From: Alphaproteobacteria bacterium
GTDB taxonomy: Bacteria; Pseudomonadota; Alphaproteobacteria; MPNO01; UBA830
NCBI GenBank assembly: GCA_964291215.2
Contig: OZ219791.1
Coordinates: 1,504,001 to 1,568,000 of the forward strand
Reading direction: 5' to 3'
DNA length: 64,000 nt
The notes below the pieces were generated by a model. The model made no database searches. It worked only from the letters and a program-made list of their open reading frames with translations, and was not told the DNA's origin. Each line of letters begins with the position of its first letter. The first letter of the stretch is position 1. Shown here in pieces: positions 21,204 through 31,465 of the stretch. The translations under genes were made by a program, and so were the position numbers.

Positions 21204-21662
21204 AGACACCTCGATTTCTCGCCCCTTTACCGCACTGCGGTCGGCTTCGACCATCTGACGTCGCTGCTTGACGCGGCCCAGAAGAGCCCCGCATCCGATG
21301 GCTATCCGCCCTACAACATCGAAAAGCTGGGCGGCGACACCTACCAAGTGACCATCGCGGTCGCCGGCTTCGGTGCCGAAGACCTGGACCTTGAGGTCCG
21401 GGACAACCAGCTCGTGGTCAGGGGCAAGGGCGCCAAGAACGACGGCGAGACGCAGACCTACCTGCACCGCGGGATCGCCCGTCGCACCTTCCAGCTCCGT
21501 TTCCAGCTCGCTGACCATGTCGAGGTCAAGAGCGCCGATCTGAAGGACGGCCTCCTCGTCATCGACCTTGAGCGCGAGATTCCGGAAGCGCTGAAGCCGC
21601 GCAAGATTGCAATCGGCAGTTCTTCGAAGGTGATCGACGGGCCCGTGGCGAACGTCGCCTGA
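21201..21662 (+). CDS. ibpA: small heat shock protein Hsp20/IbpA
   Basis: DFSPLYRTAVGFD, YPPYNIEK, YLHRGIA.R.F, GLL.IDL.REIPEA.KPRKI. Confidence 0.95.
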   Translation: MRHLDFSPLYRTAVGFDHLTSLLDAAQKSPASDGYPPYNIEKLGGDTYQVTIAVAGFGAEDLDLEVRDNQLVVRGKGAKNDGETQTYLHRGIARRTFQLRFQLADHVEVKSADLKDGLLVIDLEREIPEALKPRKIAIGSSSKVIDGPVANVA

Positions 21663-21666
21663 CACC

Positions 21667-21714
21667 GAAACCGCCCGGGCGACCGGATCGGGGACATCCG
21701 GCCGCCCGGGTTTC
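21667..21714. terminator. GC-rich hairpin after ibpA
   Basis: CCCGGGCG-CCGGAT ... ATCCGG-CGCCCGGG followed by TTTC. Confidence 0.4.
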
Positions 21715-21872
21715 GTGCGCCTGCGCGAGTTCGGCCGGGCACCCCGGCCAACCGGCGGGGTGTCGACGCGAATCACCGGGTGCCTCACCTCTCATTCATT
21801 ACGCGCCGAGCGGATGCCCCGAACAGTCACGCCGGTGTGACTGAACAAGAGGAACGAAAGGTTTGGATCGGC

Positions 21873-22826
21873 ATGACCACGATGCTTGACATCCGGAGTC
21901 TCACGAAGAGGTACGGCCCGTTCACCGTGGTCGATGACATCAGCTTTTCGGTCGAAAGCGGCGAGGTGCTCGGCTTCCTCGGTCCCAACGGTGCTGGCAA
22001 GTCGACGACTATGAAAATGATCACGGGTTTTCTCCCGCCGACCTCGGGCACGGCCGTCGTGTGCGGAAGCGACGTGATCCAGGATCCGCTGACTGTCAAG
22101 ACACGCATCGGCTATCTTCCCGAGGGTGCGCCGCTCTACGAGGACATGACCACCGCCGCGTTGCTGTCCTTCGTTGCCGAAACGCGCGGAATTCGGGGGT
22201 CGGCTCGCCGGCAGGCGGTCGACGGCGCAGTCGACAAGCTCGCACTCGACGAGGTCTACAATCAGCGCGTCGGAACCCTGTCCAAGGGGTTCAAGCGGCG
22301 TGTTGGCCTAGCGCAGGCGATCATGCATGATCCCGACATCCTGATCCTCGACGAACCCACGGACGGGCTCGACCCCAACCAGAAACATCAGGTCCGCGAA
22401 CTCATTCGCCAGATGTCCGAGGAAAAGGCGGTGGTCATCTCGACCCACCTTCTCGAGGAGGTCGATGCCGTATGCACCCGGGCGATCGTGATTTCACGCG
22501 GCCGCAAGGTCGCCGACGCGACGCCGGCCGATCTCGAACGGCAGTCGGCCTACTGGAATGCTGTATCGGTCCGTCTGCCGCACGAACGGATCGCGGCGCT
22601 TCAGGGCGCTCTTGACGGGCTCGAAGGCGTTGATCGAGTCGAGATCGATGACAAGCGCTCGGCGAGCGCCCATGTCATCGTCATTCCGAGCCAGGGCGTG
22701 GCCGTCGTCGACGCCGTCAATCAGCGCCTGAAGGAAAGAGAGGTCGCCGTCGACCAACTCTATGTCGAACGCGGACGGCTCGACGATGTGTTCCGCCAGA
22801 TCACCATCGGGGAGAACGTGCAATGA
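21873..22826 (+). CDS. ABC-2 transporter ATP-binding protein (GldA-like)
   Basis: GPNGAGKST, LSKGFKRRVG, LILDEPT. Confidence 0.92.
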   Translation: MTTMLDIRSLTKRYGPFTVVDDISFSVESGEVLGFLGPNGAGKSTTMKMITGFLPPTSGTAVVCGSDVIQDPLTVKTRIGYLPEGAPLYEDMTTAALLSFVAETRGIRGSARRQAVDGAVDKLALDEVYNQRVGTLSKGFKRRVGLAQAIMHDPDILILDEPTDGLDPNQKHQVRELIRQMSEEKAVVISTHLLEEVDAVCTRAIVISRGRKVADATPADLERQSAYWNAVSVRLPHERIAALQGALDGLEGVDRVEIDDKRSASAHVIVIPSQGVAVVDAVNQRLKEREVAVDQLYVERGRLDDVFRQITIGENVQ

Positions 22827-23557
22827 CCGCGGTGATTGCGATCTCGAAGCGCGAACTTGCGAGCTACTTTTCCACACCGCTGGCCTACGTGTTCATCGTC
22901 ATCTTTCTCGCGCTCGCGGGAGCAATGACGTTCTATTTCGGGGGGTTCTACGAACGCGGACAGGCGGATCTCCAGACATTCTTCGCCTTCCATCCCTGGC
23001 TCTACCTGTTTCTGGTGCCGGCCATCGGCATGCGGCTTTGGGCCGAGGAACGCAAGACCGGAACAATCGAGCTTCTGATGACGCTGCCGCTCTCAACCAC
23101 GCAGGCAGTGCTCGGCAAGTTCTTGGCCGCCTGGATCTTTGCCGGTATCGCGCTCGCGCTCACCTTCCCCATCTGGATCACCGTCAACTACCTTGGTGCG
23201 CCTGACAACGGCGTGATCTTCGCCGGATATGTCGGCAGTTTCCTGATGGCCGGTGCGTTTCTTTCAATCGGAAGCTTCGTTTCGGCACTCACCCGCAATC
23301 AGGTCATCGCCTTCGTCATTGCCGCGGCGACGTGCTTCCTGTTCATGATGAGCGGACTTGAACCGGTCCAGTCCGCGGTGCGCGGCTGGGCTTCGAGTCT
23401 CGTGATCGATCTGGTCGCGTCCCTTAGTTTCCTCACCCATTTCGACGCCATAACCCAGGGCGTCTTCGATCTCCGGGACTTTATCTACATGGCGGCGACG
23501 ATCGGCGTTTTCCTGTTCGCGAACATTGTCATCGTCGACCTCAAGAAGGGTTCATAG
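22823..23557 (+). CDS. ABC-2 permease (GldF-like)
   Basis: RELASYFSTPLAY, MRLWAEERKTGTIELL; multiple TM segments. Confidence 0.9.
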   Translation: MTAVIAISKRELASYFSTPLAYVFIVIFLALAGAMTFYFGGFYERGQADLQTFFAFHPWLYLFLVPAIGMRLWAEERKTGTIELLMTLPLSTTQAVLGKFLAAWIFAGIALALTFPIWITVNYLGAPDNGVIFAGYVGSFLMAGAFLSIGSFVSALTRNQVIAFVIAAATCFLFMMSGLEPVQSAVRGWASSLVIDLVASLSFLTHFDAITQGVFDLRDFIYMAATIGVFLFANIVIVDLKKGS

Positions 23558-23565
23558 GTTGCAAC

Positions 23566-25497
23566 ATGGCCGATATACGCAAGGAGTTGCCAGCCACTGA
23601 CAGCCGCGCGCTCGCCTTCGGCGCGCTCGCGCTGGCGGTGGTGCTCTTCCTGTCGATCATCATCTTCTCGGAATCCATGGTCAAGGGCGTCAGGCTGGAT
23701 CTGACCGAGAAATCCCTGTTCACGTTGTCCGACGGCACCAAGAAAACCCTGTCGACACTCGATGAAGAGATCACGCTGCGTTTCTTCTCGACGCGCAAGC
23801 TCGTCGAGACGACCCCGGGCCTCACCGCCTACGGCGCCCGTGTGCAGGAACTGCTCGAACGCTATGCCTCGCTTGCCGGCGGCAAACTTCGGCTCGAGCT
23901 CGTCGATCCCGAGCCCTTCTCCCCAGAAGAAGACAGGGCTGTAGGCTTCGGCCTCACCGGGATTCCCATCACCGAAGCCGGAGATCTGGGATATTTCGGC
24001 ATCGCGGCAACCAACTCGACCGACGACACCGATGTGCTGCGTTTCCTCACGCCGCAGCGCGAACAATTTCTCGAATATGACCTGACGCGGATGATCCACA
24101 ATCTCGGAAATCCGAAGAAGAAGGTCATCGCGCTGGTTTCCGGCATTCCCGTGGATTCCGATCCGCTCAAGCAATACAAGCCATGGGCACTGATCGACAA
24201 TCTCAAGCAGTTCTTCGAAGTGCGTGCCCAGGGGCTGACCCCGAAGCTAACCGATGATGTCGACCTCGTGATGATCGTTCATCCGTTCGGCCTGAGCGAG
24301 GAGTCGCGCTACCAGATCGACCAGTTCGTGCTCCGCGGCGGCAATGCGGTGGTATTCGTGGACCCCCACGCCGAGGAAGGCGCCCGCAGCAACGCGGCAC
24401 TGCGTCTGCCGCCGGGCGTCGGTTCCGACCTTCCAGAACTCCTGAAGGCCTGGGGCGTGAAATACGACAAGGACAAGGTCTTGGGAGACCTGATCGCGGG
24501 CAGCCAGGTGCAGGCCGGAACGGATTCCTTCGGGCGCCCGGTCATCACCCGTTACGTTGCCTGGACCAGCTACGGGCCCGAAAACATCAACACGGGCGAC
24601 GTGATTGCGTCGGAACTGCAAAAGATCAACTTCGCGACACCGGGTTTTCTCGAAAAGGCCGAGGGCGCAACCACGCAGATCGAGCCGCTGATCTGGTCCT
24701 CGAAGTCCGCGGGACCGTTTGATGCCGAGAGCGTGCGACGCGATCCCAAGCCAGCCGACATCCTCCGGGAGTTCAAGCCCAAGGACAAGAGCTACATCAT
24801 CGCGGCACGGATTTCCGGCAAGGTCAAGAGCGCGTTCCCCGACGGTCCGCCCAAATCCGACGATGCGGACAAGAAAGACACCGCCGATGAGAAGGACGGC
24901 CCGGCCCCGAAACCGCATCTCGCCGAATCGGTCGACGACATCAACATCGTCGTCATGGCCGACACCGATATCCTTGCCGACAGATTCTGGCTGCGAATTC
25001 AGGATCTCTTCGGCCAGCAGGTGATCGTGCCGATCGCGCACAACGCCGATCTCGTCGTCAACGCGGCCGACAACATGGCCGGCACCAGCGCGCTGATCAG
25101 CCTGCGCGGACGCGGGCTTTCGAGCAGGCCGTTCGATGTCGTGGAGTTCATTCAGCGCGAAGCCGAGGACAAGTACAGGACCCAGGAGCAGGCGCTGGTA
25201 ACGGAGCTTGAGGATGTCGAGAAGAAGCTCAGCGAGCTCCAGACGACCAAGAAGGCCGCAGGCGCCGCCGTGATGTCGGAGGAACAGGACGAGGAGGTCA
25301 GGAAATTCCGCGCGCGCGTGCTTGAAATCAGGAAGGAATTGCGCGACGTGCAGCTCAATCTGCGCCGGGACATCGATCAGCTGGGTTCCGATCTCAAGTT
25401 GCTCAACATCGCCGCCGTACCGGCAGCGATCGCGATATTCGCCGTGGGCATATCCATGGTGCGGCGGAATCGTACCCGTGCCCGCAACGGGACCTGA
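23566..25497 (+). CDS. GldG-family ABC auxiliary component
   Basis: RLDLTEKSLFTLSDGT, EYDLTR, IDQFVLRGG; C-terminal coiled coil and TM. Confidence 0.88.
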   Translation: MADIRKELPATDSRALAFGALALAVVLFLSIIIFSESMVKGVRLDLTEKSLFTLSDGTKKTLSTLDEEITLRFFSTRKLVETTPGLTAYGARVQELLERYASLAGGKLRLELVDPEPFSPEEDRAVGFGLTGIPITEAGDLGYFGIAATNSTDDTDVLRFLTPQREQFLEYDLTRMIHNLGNPKKKVIALVSGIPVDSDPLKQYKPWALIDNLKQFFEVRAQGLTPKLTDDVDLVMIVHPFGLSEESRYQIDQFVLRGGNAVVFVDPHAEEGARSNAALRLPPGVGSDLPELLKAWGVKYDKDKVLGDLIAGSQVQAGTDSFGRPVITRYVAWTSYGPENINTGDVIASELQKINFATPGFLEKAEGATTQIEPLIWSSKSAGPFDAESVRRDPKPADILREFKPKDKSYIIAARISGKVKSAFPDGPPKSDDADKKDTADEKDGPAPKPHLAESVDDINIVVMADTDILADRFWLRIQDLFGQQVIVPIAHNADLVVNAADNMAGTSALISLRGRGLSSRPFDVVEFIQREAEDKYRTQEQALVTELEDVEKKLSELQTTKKAAGAAVMSEEQDEEVRKFRARVLEIRKELRDVQLNLRRDIDQLGSDLKLLNIAAVPAAIAIFAVGISMVRRNRTRARNGT

Positions 25498-25508
25498 AGG
25501 AGGAGGAA

Positions 25509-26570
25509 ATGAAACCGAGAACCTTCGCCGCACTGGCGGGCGTGACGGCGATCGCCGTCATCGCGGCTGGCATCGGAATATCGACGAAGACCGAGACCAC
25601 CGCGCTCACTCCGGGAACCGAGCCTGCGTTCCCGGCACTCGCCGAGGCCGTAAACGATGCCAGCGGCATCGAAGTGAAGACGGCAAGCAACAAGTTCTCA
25701 CTGAGCCGCAAGGGGAAAATCTGGGGGCTGGACCAGAAGGACGGCTACCCGGCGGCTTTCGACAAGGTCAAGTCCGCGATCGTGGGCGTCGCGAACTTCA
25801 AGCTCATCGAACGCAAGACCGCCGACCCCGAGCGTTACGCCCGCCTCGACCTTGGATCGCCGGAGGACAAGGACGCAAAGTCGAAAAGGCTGGTTTTCCG
25901 GAACGAAAAGGGCGAGGTTCTCGCCGATGTCCTCCTCGGCAAGATCAATGCCAATCTCTTCGGCGCCGGCGGATCGGGGACCTACATCCGACGGGGCGAT
26001 GACAAGGAAACCTGGCTTGTGCGGGGGCAGGTTACGATCGGTGACGGGCCGATCAACTGGGTTGTCCGGGAGATCGTCGACTACGGCCAGGAACACATCC
26101 GCCACATATCGATACGCGATCCGGACGGGTCCGAGTTCGTCATCGCCAAGGGAGATAAGAGCGACAAGAACTTCAAGCTCCTAGACATTCCCGAAGGCCG
26201 CAAGATGAAGAAGGACGACGAGGCGAATCCGCTTGGCGGGGTCATGTGGAAGATGCAGTTCGACGACGTCAAGAAGGCGGCCAGCCAGGAATGGCCGGAA
26301 AACCCGTGGATCGCCGAATACACGGCGTGGGACGGTTTCAAGGTTCGCATCGAAGTGTACAAGATCGGGGAGGATCACTGGGGACGGTTCAAGGCCTCGC
26401 TTGACGACGAAGCGGAACCCGAAACACGGAAGAAGGCCGGCAAGATCGTCGACGAGATCAATTCCCGAGTTAGCGGATGGAGCTACATGCTCACTGCCGG
26501 CGATTCGGAAAAGCTGACGTCGAAAATGGAGGAATACATGGCCGACCCGGAGGCCAAGAAGGACTCCTGA
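25509..26570 (+). CDS. DUF4340 domain protein
   Basis: N-terminal anchor, GYPA, KTADPERYARLDL, TYIRR; usual fourth gene of this module. Confidence 0.8.
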   Translation: MKPRTFAALAGVTAIAVIAAGIGISTKTETTALTPGTEPAFPALAEAVNDASGIEVKTASNKFSLSRKGKIWGLDQKDGYPAAFDKVKSAIVGVANFKLIERKTADPERYARLDLGSPEDKDAKSKRLVFRNEKGEVLADVLLGKINANLFGAGGSGTYIRRGDDKETWLVRGQVTIGDGPINWVVREIVDYGQEHIRHISIRDPDGSEFVIAKGDKSDKNFKLLDIPEGRKMKKDDEANPLGGVMWKMQFDDVKKAASQEWPENPWIAEYTAWDGFKVRIEVYKIGEDHWGRFKASLDDEAEPETRKKAGKIVDEINSRVSGWSYMLTAGDSEKLTSKMEEYMADPEAKKDS

Positions 26571-26706
26571 GCCACCGCGCGGCAAGGACATGACCTCTCT
26601 GTCGTCGGAGGCGGCGCGCTGTTCTCCTGCGCCATGATGTTCTTCAGGAGACTCCCGCCGGCCGGCCGGGGATGTCCAGCAGGGACCGGAGAGAATCGAC
26701 GGGCAT

Positions 26707-27597
26707 TCAGATGTCCGGAACCTGAATTCCGTTCTGCCGGCACGCGGCGACCACGGTGTTCCTGAGCAGGCATGCGATTGTCATCGGACCGACGCCGCCC
26801 GGCACCGGGGTAATCGCTCCGGCGACCTCCATGGCGAGGCCGAAATCCACATCGCCGACAAGTCGCGTCTTCCCCTCCTCATCCGCCGCCACACGATTGA
26901 TGCCGACATCGATCACCGTGGCGCCGGGCTTGATCCAGTCCCCACCGATCATGCGCGCACGGCCAACCGCGGCAACCAGGATATCGGCCCTTCTGCAGAC
27001 GGAGGGAAGATCCCGGGTCCGGGAATGCGCGACCGTTACCGTGCAGTTCGCTGCGAGGAGGAGCTGGGCCATCGGCTTGCCGACGATATTGGAGCGCCCG
27101 ACGATGACCGCTCCCCGTCCGGTCAGGTCGCCCAGCCTGTCCTCAAGCAGCATCATGCATCCGAGCGGCGTACAGGGCACAAGGCCCTCACGCCCGGTCG
27201 CGAGGCGTCCGACATTGCGCAGGTGAAACCCGTCAACATCCTTTTCCGGGTCGATACAGTCGATGATGGCGCTGGCGCCGATATGGGCGGGAAGCGGAAG
27301 CTGGACCAGTATTCCATGCACTGACGGATCGGCATTCAGTTCTTCCACGACCTCAAGAAGCACCTGTTCGGAAGTCTCCGCAGGCAGCGTTCTCCCGAGG
27401 CTTTTCATGCCGGCCTCGACGGTCTGCCGGTTCTTGTTGCGCACATAGACCTGGCTGGCCGGATCGTCACCCACCAGCACGGCGGCAAGGCCCGGAACCA
27501 CCGCGTGCTCGTCGCGCAACCGCGCGGCCGCAGCGGCAACGCGCATCCTCAGCGCGGCCGCCAGCGCCTTTCCGTCAATGATCTTCTCCGGTTCCAT
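26707..27597 (-). CDS. folD: methylenetetrahydrofolate dehydrogenase/cyclohydrolase
   Basis: [37 protein letters not shown]. Confidence 0.97.
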   Translation of the reverse strand: MEPEKIIDGKALAAALRMRVAAAAARLRDEHAVVPGLAAVLVGDDPASQVYVRNKNRQTVEAGMKSLGRTLPAETSEQVLLEVVEELNADPSVHGILVQLPLPAHIGASAIIDCIDPEKDVDGFHLRNVGRLATGREGLVPCTPLGCMMLLEDRLGDLTGRGAVIVGRSNIVGKPMAQLLLAANCTVTVAHSRTRDLPSVCRRADILVAAVGRARMIGGDWIKPGATVIDVGINRVAADEEGKTRLVGDVDFGLAMEVAGAITPVPGGVGPMTIACLLRNTVVAACRQNGIQVPDI

Positions 27598-27603
27598 CTG
27601 GTC

Positions 27604-27936
27604 TCAACTCCACAATCCTGTCTGCCGCCGCCGCGAGAGCCTCCGGGTCTCCACAGACATGAGAACGACCTTGCAGCGGGCTGTGGCGCCACGGGGAATG
27701 GAAAAAGCGGACTTCGGAAGTCCGAACTCCTTTGCCAGCAGCCTGATCAGGGCGGTATTGGCTGTCCCCGATTCGGGCGGCGGGGCGACGCGAACCAGCA
27801 ATACGGATCGCCCGTCTGCATCAGCCGCGATTCCCGACACGCAATCAGCGGACGCGCGCCGTGTAACGCGAACATCGAGCCGGATGCCGTCTCCTGCCCG
27901 CGTCACGGCAGCAGATGGAGCATCGCGGGGATTCAA
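27604..27936 (-). CDS. DUF167 (YggU) protein, possibly frameshifted near C-terminus
   Basis: VRVT, VRVAPPPESGTANTALIRLLAKEFGLPKS, GATARCK; located between yggT and folD. Confidence 0.75.
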   Translation of the reverse strand: MNPRDAPSAAVTRAGDGIRLDVRVTRRASADCVSGIAADADGRSVLLVRVAPPPESGTANTALIRLLAKEFGLPKSAFSIPRGATARCKVVLMSVETRRLSRRRQTGLWS

Positions 27937-28214
27937 CCATATGCGGTTTCGAAAATCAGATCCCGAACGAAATACAGGATCAGGATCAGGACGACAGGCG
28001 AAATGTCCAGCCCGCCCAGATTGGGCAGAAAACGCCGGATTGGCCGCAGTGCGGGCTCGGTCACGCGGTAGAAAAAATCCACAATGACATAAACTAGGCG
28101 ATTGTTCGTGTTGATAACGTTGAACGAAATGAGCCAACTTGCGACGACGGCTATCAGAAGGATCCAGATATAGAGCGAAATCAGGTTGTCGATCAGGTTG
28201 AGTATTGCGTGCAT
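27933..28214 (-). CDS. yggT: YggT family membrane protein
   Basis: SWLISFNVINTNN, TEPALRPIRRFLPNLGGLDISPVV. Confidence 0.92.
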   Translation of the reverse strand: MHAILNLIDNLISLYIWILLIAVVASWLISFNVINTNNRLVYVIVDFFYRVTEPALRPIRRFLPNLGGLDISPVVLILILYFVRDLIFETAYG

Positions 28215-28292
28215 TGCCGCGTCCACGGTTCGCTGCGGGTTCACCGCCTGAAAGCAATCTAGCGACCGAGCGCCTCATGCACAAGCAGACCG

Positions 28293-30062
28293 TCAGGTGT
28301 TTCCCACGCTGCATTCAATTTTGCTGTCTTCTGCTGTCCGGAGGTTTCACGGCGTGCCGGGTTTTCCGGCTTCGGGGCCGTCCGCGGTCGTCGCCGGCGG
28401 CGTTATCGGCGCGTGGGCGGCTTGTGGGCGGCGTCCGGGAATCGGCCGGACACCATTGGCGCTCAGGGCTGCGACGGCTTCCCGGCGGTCGAGCCGCCGC
28501 CGCCGTGTTTCGGCGAGGCTCTCGCGTCGGTTGGCGAAGATCACCGCGAGCGCGATGTTGTCGAGTCTGGCGCGGTTTGCCGGTCAGGCAGGCGTTTTCG
28601 CCGAAGACGCAGTCTCGGTGGTTCATGTTTTCCGCGGCCCGGTGCCTGCGGCCGCAGCAGTTCCTCTGGCGACGCGTGTTGCGCATCGAGCTGATGTACC
28701 GGTGCAGCCGTTGCCGCTCGCTGCGCCGCTGGCGCTCCTTCCCGGCGGCTCGCGGTAGCATGCGGGCGATCTGCCGGAGTAGTTGATCAGGTCCTCGAGC
28801 GGCACGTATCGAGCGCTGCTCGAGGCGGGCCTTGCCTCCTTGAAGCGGCCACTGGCTCCCGGTCGATGCCGTCGAAGGTTTCGGGCGCCCTTGACCGGGA
28901 AGACATGGTCTGCGCCGCAGCGCCGGGTGATCAGCGCCGCCGGCGTCGTGCGGGTGATCACCTTGCCGCGAACATCGGTGCGCTCGAGGAGGTGGCCGCC
29001 AGCTCGCCGTCGTCGAAGTTCAACAGCGCGAAGGGTGCGCCGGAGGCGTGAGAGCCACGGTCTCGTGGTGGCTGTTGCGGTTGGCGTCGCGGATGCGCTT
29101 GCCGTTGGCGGCAAGCGCCCGGGCGAGCCCGCGGCCGAGCACGTCCTCGAGCGCCTCAGGATCGATCGACTGCCCGGTGGAGGGTCGCCTTGGAGGGCGG
29201 CTCGCGCAGCCCCGTCCTCGGGTTCCGCCGATGGCCTCGAGCTCGTCCCCGGACAGCGGCCGCGCAAACTGCGCAGCTGCCTTTCATGTTCGCAAGCTCG
29301 GCGAGAACGTGAGCACACCGTGTGCTTTCTGCGCGGCGGAAGTCCTCGATCGCCGCCAGCTCGTCGTGCAGCGAACGCATCACTTCGGAACCCCGGGGAG
29401 GAGGCAGGCGGCGCCCGGCAGCGCCTGCGGGCGCGACAGCAGCCGTCGCGCCGCACAACGAAAATCTCCTTGCCATGGGGGTCGGTGCAGCGCCCGCGGG
29501 CGAATCCCCTGGCACGCCAGCCCGCCGCCTTGTGCCCGCAAAACGCTCCGGATCGCAGAACGTCTCCGCCACCTGGTGGCCGCAGGCCCAGTCGTCGGCC
29601 AGCCGCCGCGTCGTAAGAAAGAAGGAGGCAAGGTTCGGAAACGTTCCCGGCGCCGCACGCACCAGCAGTCGCGTGTTGTCAGATCAAGCCACTGCTGCTC
29701 CGGCTTCCAGCCACCGGTCGCGGCACTTGAAGGCACCGTCACGCCGCCAGACCACTGCCCCCTGAAGGACGCAATATGGCACCGCCCCGCCAGACGGCGA
29801 AACCCGAGATAGTCGTCCATCAACGCATCCCGCAGCGGACGCTCCTCAGACTTCGCGAACCTCGGACAGACCCTTCCGGAGCTGCGACGTGAATCAGACA
29901 GGACGCGATGTGCATGTGAACCGACATCCCCGCACCATGACAACTCCAGTGCAGGAAAGCCAGCGAAAACTGCAAAAAAACCTCTCGCACCAACTCGCGC
30001 CCCCGCAAAACCCAAGTACTGCCTTGAAAAATAAAACAGAATTTAGCGTAAGATCATCCTGA
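28293..30062 (-). mobile_element. ISAs1-family element with N-terminal DUF4338 (DruA-like) domain, degraded
   Basis: Imperfect TIR TCAGG..TC..ACGCT..ATTC at both ends; direct repeat CAGACCG (28286-28292, 30063-30069); fragments YLGFRRLAGR, FPNLASFFL, AETFCDPERFAGT, DFRRA, PPSKATLHR, DVRGKVIT, GADHVFPVKG, ENMNHRDCVFGENAC. Confidence 0.82.
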
Positions 30063-30298
30063 CAGACCGGGCAGCGCTTGGGCAGGCAGGCTTCCGCGGG
30101 AACTGCAGCCTCGGCTGCATTCCGAGAATGCCCCGGACTTGCGCGCCCATCATGTCTTCGACCGTCGCTTGAAGCGTGGTGCGCCGCCACGGTGTCTTCG
30201 TCCCGTAGCGCCTTGCGACAGACAGGAAGAGAAGCAGCGTCGCTGCAATCCAGAGCGGCTGCTCTGGCGAGAAGCTGCAACCAGCGAGGGTGTTCCGC

Positions 30299-30751
30299 AT
30301 GCTTGAGACCAGACCTCTGTTCCGGATCTCGGCGCAGGTGGCCGTGCCGCATATCGTGGCTGGCGGTCCCTATGGCGAACGCCGGTTCATAGCCGTCACC
30401 GGCGGCAGTTTTTTCGGTGAGCGGATCTCCGGCCGGGTGCTTTCGGGAGGCGCGGACTGCCAATTGATCCGCCCTGACGGTGCTGCCGAGATCGACGTGA
30501 GGGTGACGCTCGAAGCAGATGACGGCGCAGTCATCCTGATGAAGGGCCTCGGGATCAGGAACGCCTCCGCCGATGTCATGCAACGCATCGCAAACGGTGA
30601 GAGGGTGGACGGGACCGAATACTATTTTCGGGAAGCCATGCTGTTCGAAGCGCCGGACGGTCCGCATGCCTGGCTGAACCGGCTGATTGCCATCGGCATG
30701 GGTGAACGTCTGCCCGACGAGGTTCTTGTCGATGTCTTCGAGATTCTCTAG
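30299..30751 (+). CDS. DUF3237 domain protein
   Basis: GERRFIAVTGGSF.G, VLSGGAD, LEADDGAVI, YYFR, WLNR. Confidence 0.85.
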   Translation: MLETRPLFRISAQVAVPHIVAGGPYGERRFIAVTGGSFFGERISGRVLSGGADCQLIRPDGAAEIDVRVTLEADDGAVILMKGLGIRNASADVMQRIANGERVDGTEYYFREAMLFEAPDGPHAWLNRLIAIGMGERLPDEVLVDVFEIL

Positions 30752-31332
30752 CCCGGCCGGCGCTCCATGCGCTTGCGATGCCTGGCACCGAGTTCTTGCC
30801 AGGGGGACGGATCCCACCAGCGGACAGCGAGTCCCGACGGCGACGGTAGTACATGGATTTCGGTCTCGTCCAAGCGCTGGTCCTGAATTCCGTAATCGAC
30901 GCGATCGACGCCGAACACCGCGCGGAAAAAGACCTGCGCCGGCCGTTTTGCCGTGAAGGCGAGAATGGCGGGACGAAAGAACTCGACCTTGGCACGAAGC
31001 GCCACCGCGTCGTCACCTCTTCCGCTAAGGTCCGAATCCGCACCCCATTCGGTCTTGTTGATGTCGGTCAGGCCGAGTCCGTGCCGCGGCAGTTCGCGGA
31101 ATTCGGTCGGAGACAGCCGCTGCGGGGTCAATCCGGCTTCGGCAAGGATCGGCCAGAACTTGTTTCCGGGACCGGCATAAGGGAGGCCGAGCCGCGCCGA
31201 GACGGCGCCGGCCGCGCTGCCGCAGAGCACGGTCACCACATCGGGTTCGATTGTGTCGGGAAGAACCGCCGCACCGATCTTTGGCGCCCGGCGCAAAGAC
31301 CGGGCGGAGCGACCTGACGGAATCCCGGACAT
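30748..31332 (-). CDS. mug: mismatch-specific uracil-DNA glycosylase
   Basis: LPD, YAGPGNKFW, GLGLTD, VLPSPSG. Confidence 0.85.
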   Translation of the reverse strand: MSGIPSGRSARSLRRAPKIGAAVLPDTIEPDVVTVLCGSAAGAVSARLGLPYAGPGNKFWPILAEAGLTPQRLSPTEFRELPRHGLGLTDINKTEWGADSDLSGRGDDAVALRAKVEFFRPAILAFTAKRPAQVFFRAVFGVDRVDYGIQDQRLDETEIHVLPSPSGLAVRWWDPSPWQELGARHRKRMERRPG

Positions 31333-31465
31333 CACCGCACCGCCCCCACTGACGCGGTTAGGGAAAGGCGGCGTCGGGACAGGCTCGCGCTCGACTCGGC
31401 ACGGGACAGTAGTCGTGGCCGGAAGGTCCCCGTTTCCGAACGAAAATCGATAAGCGGCGGCAGAT

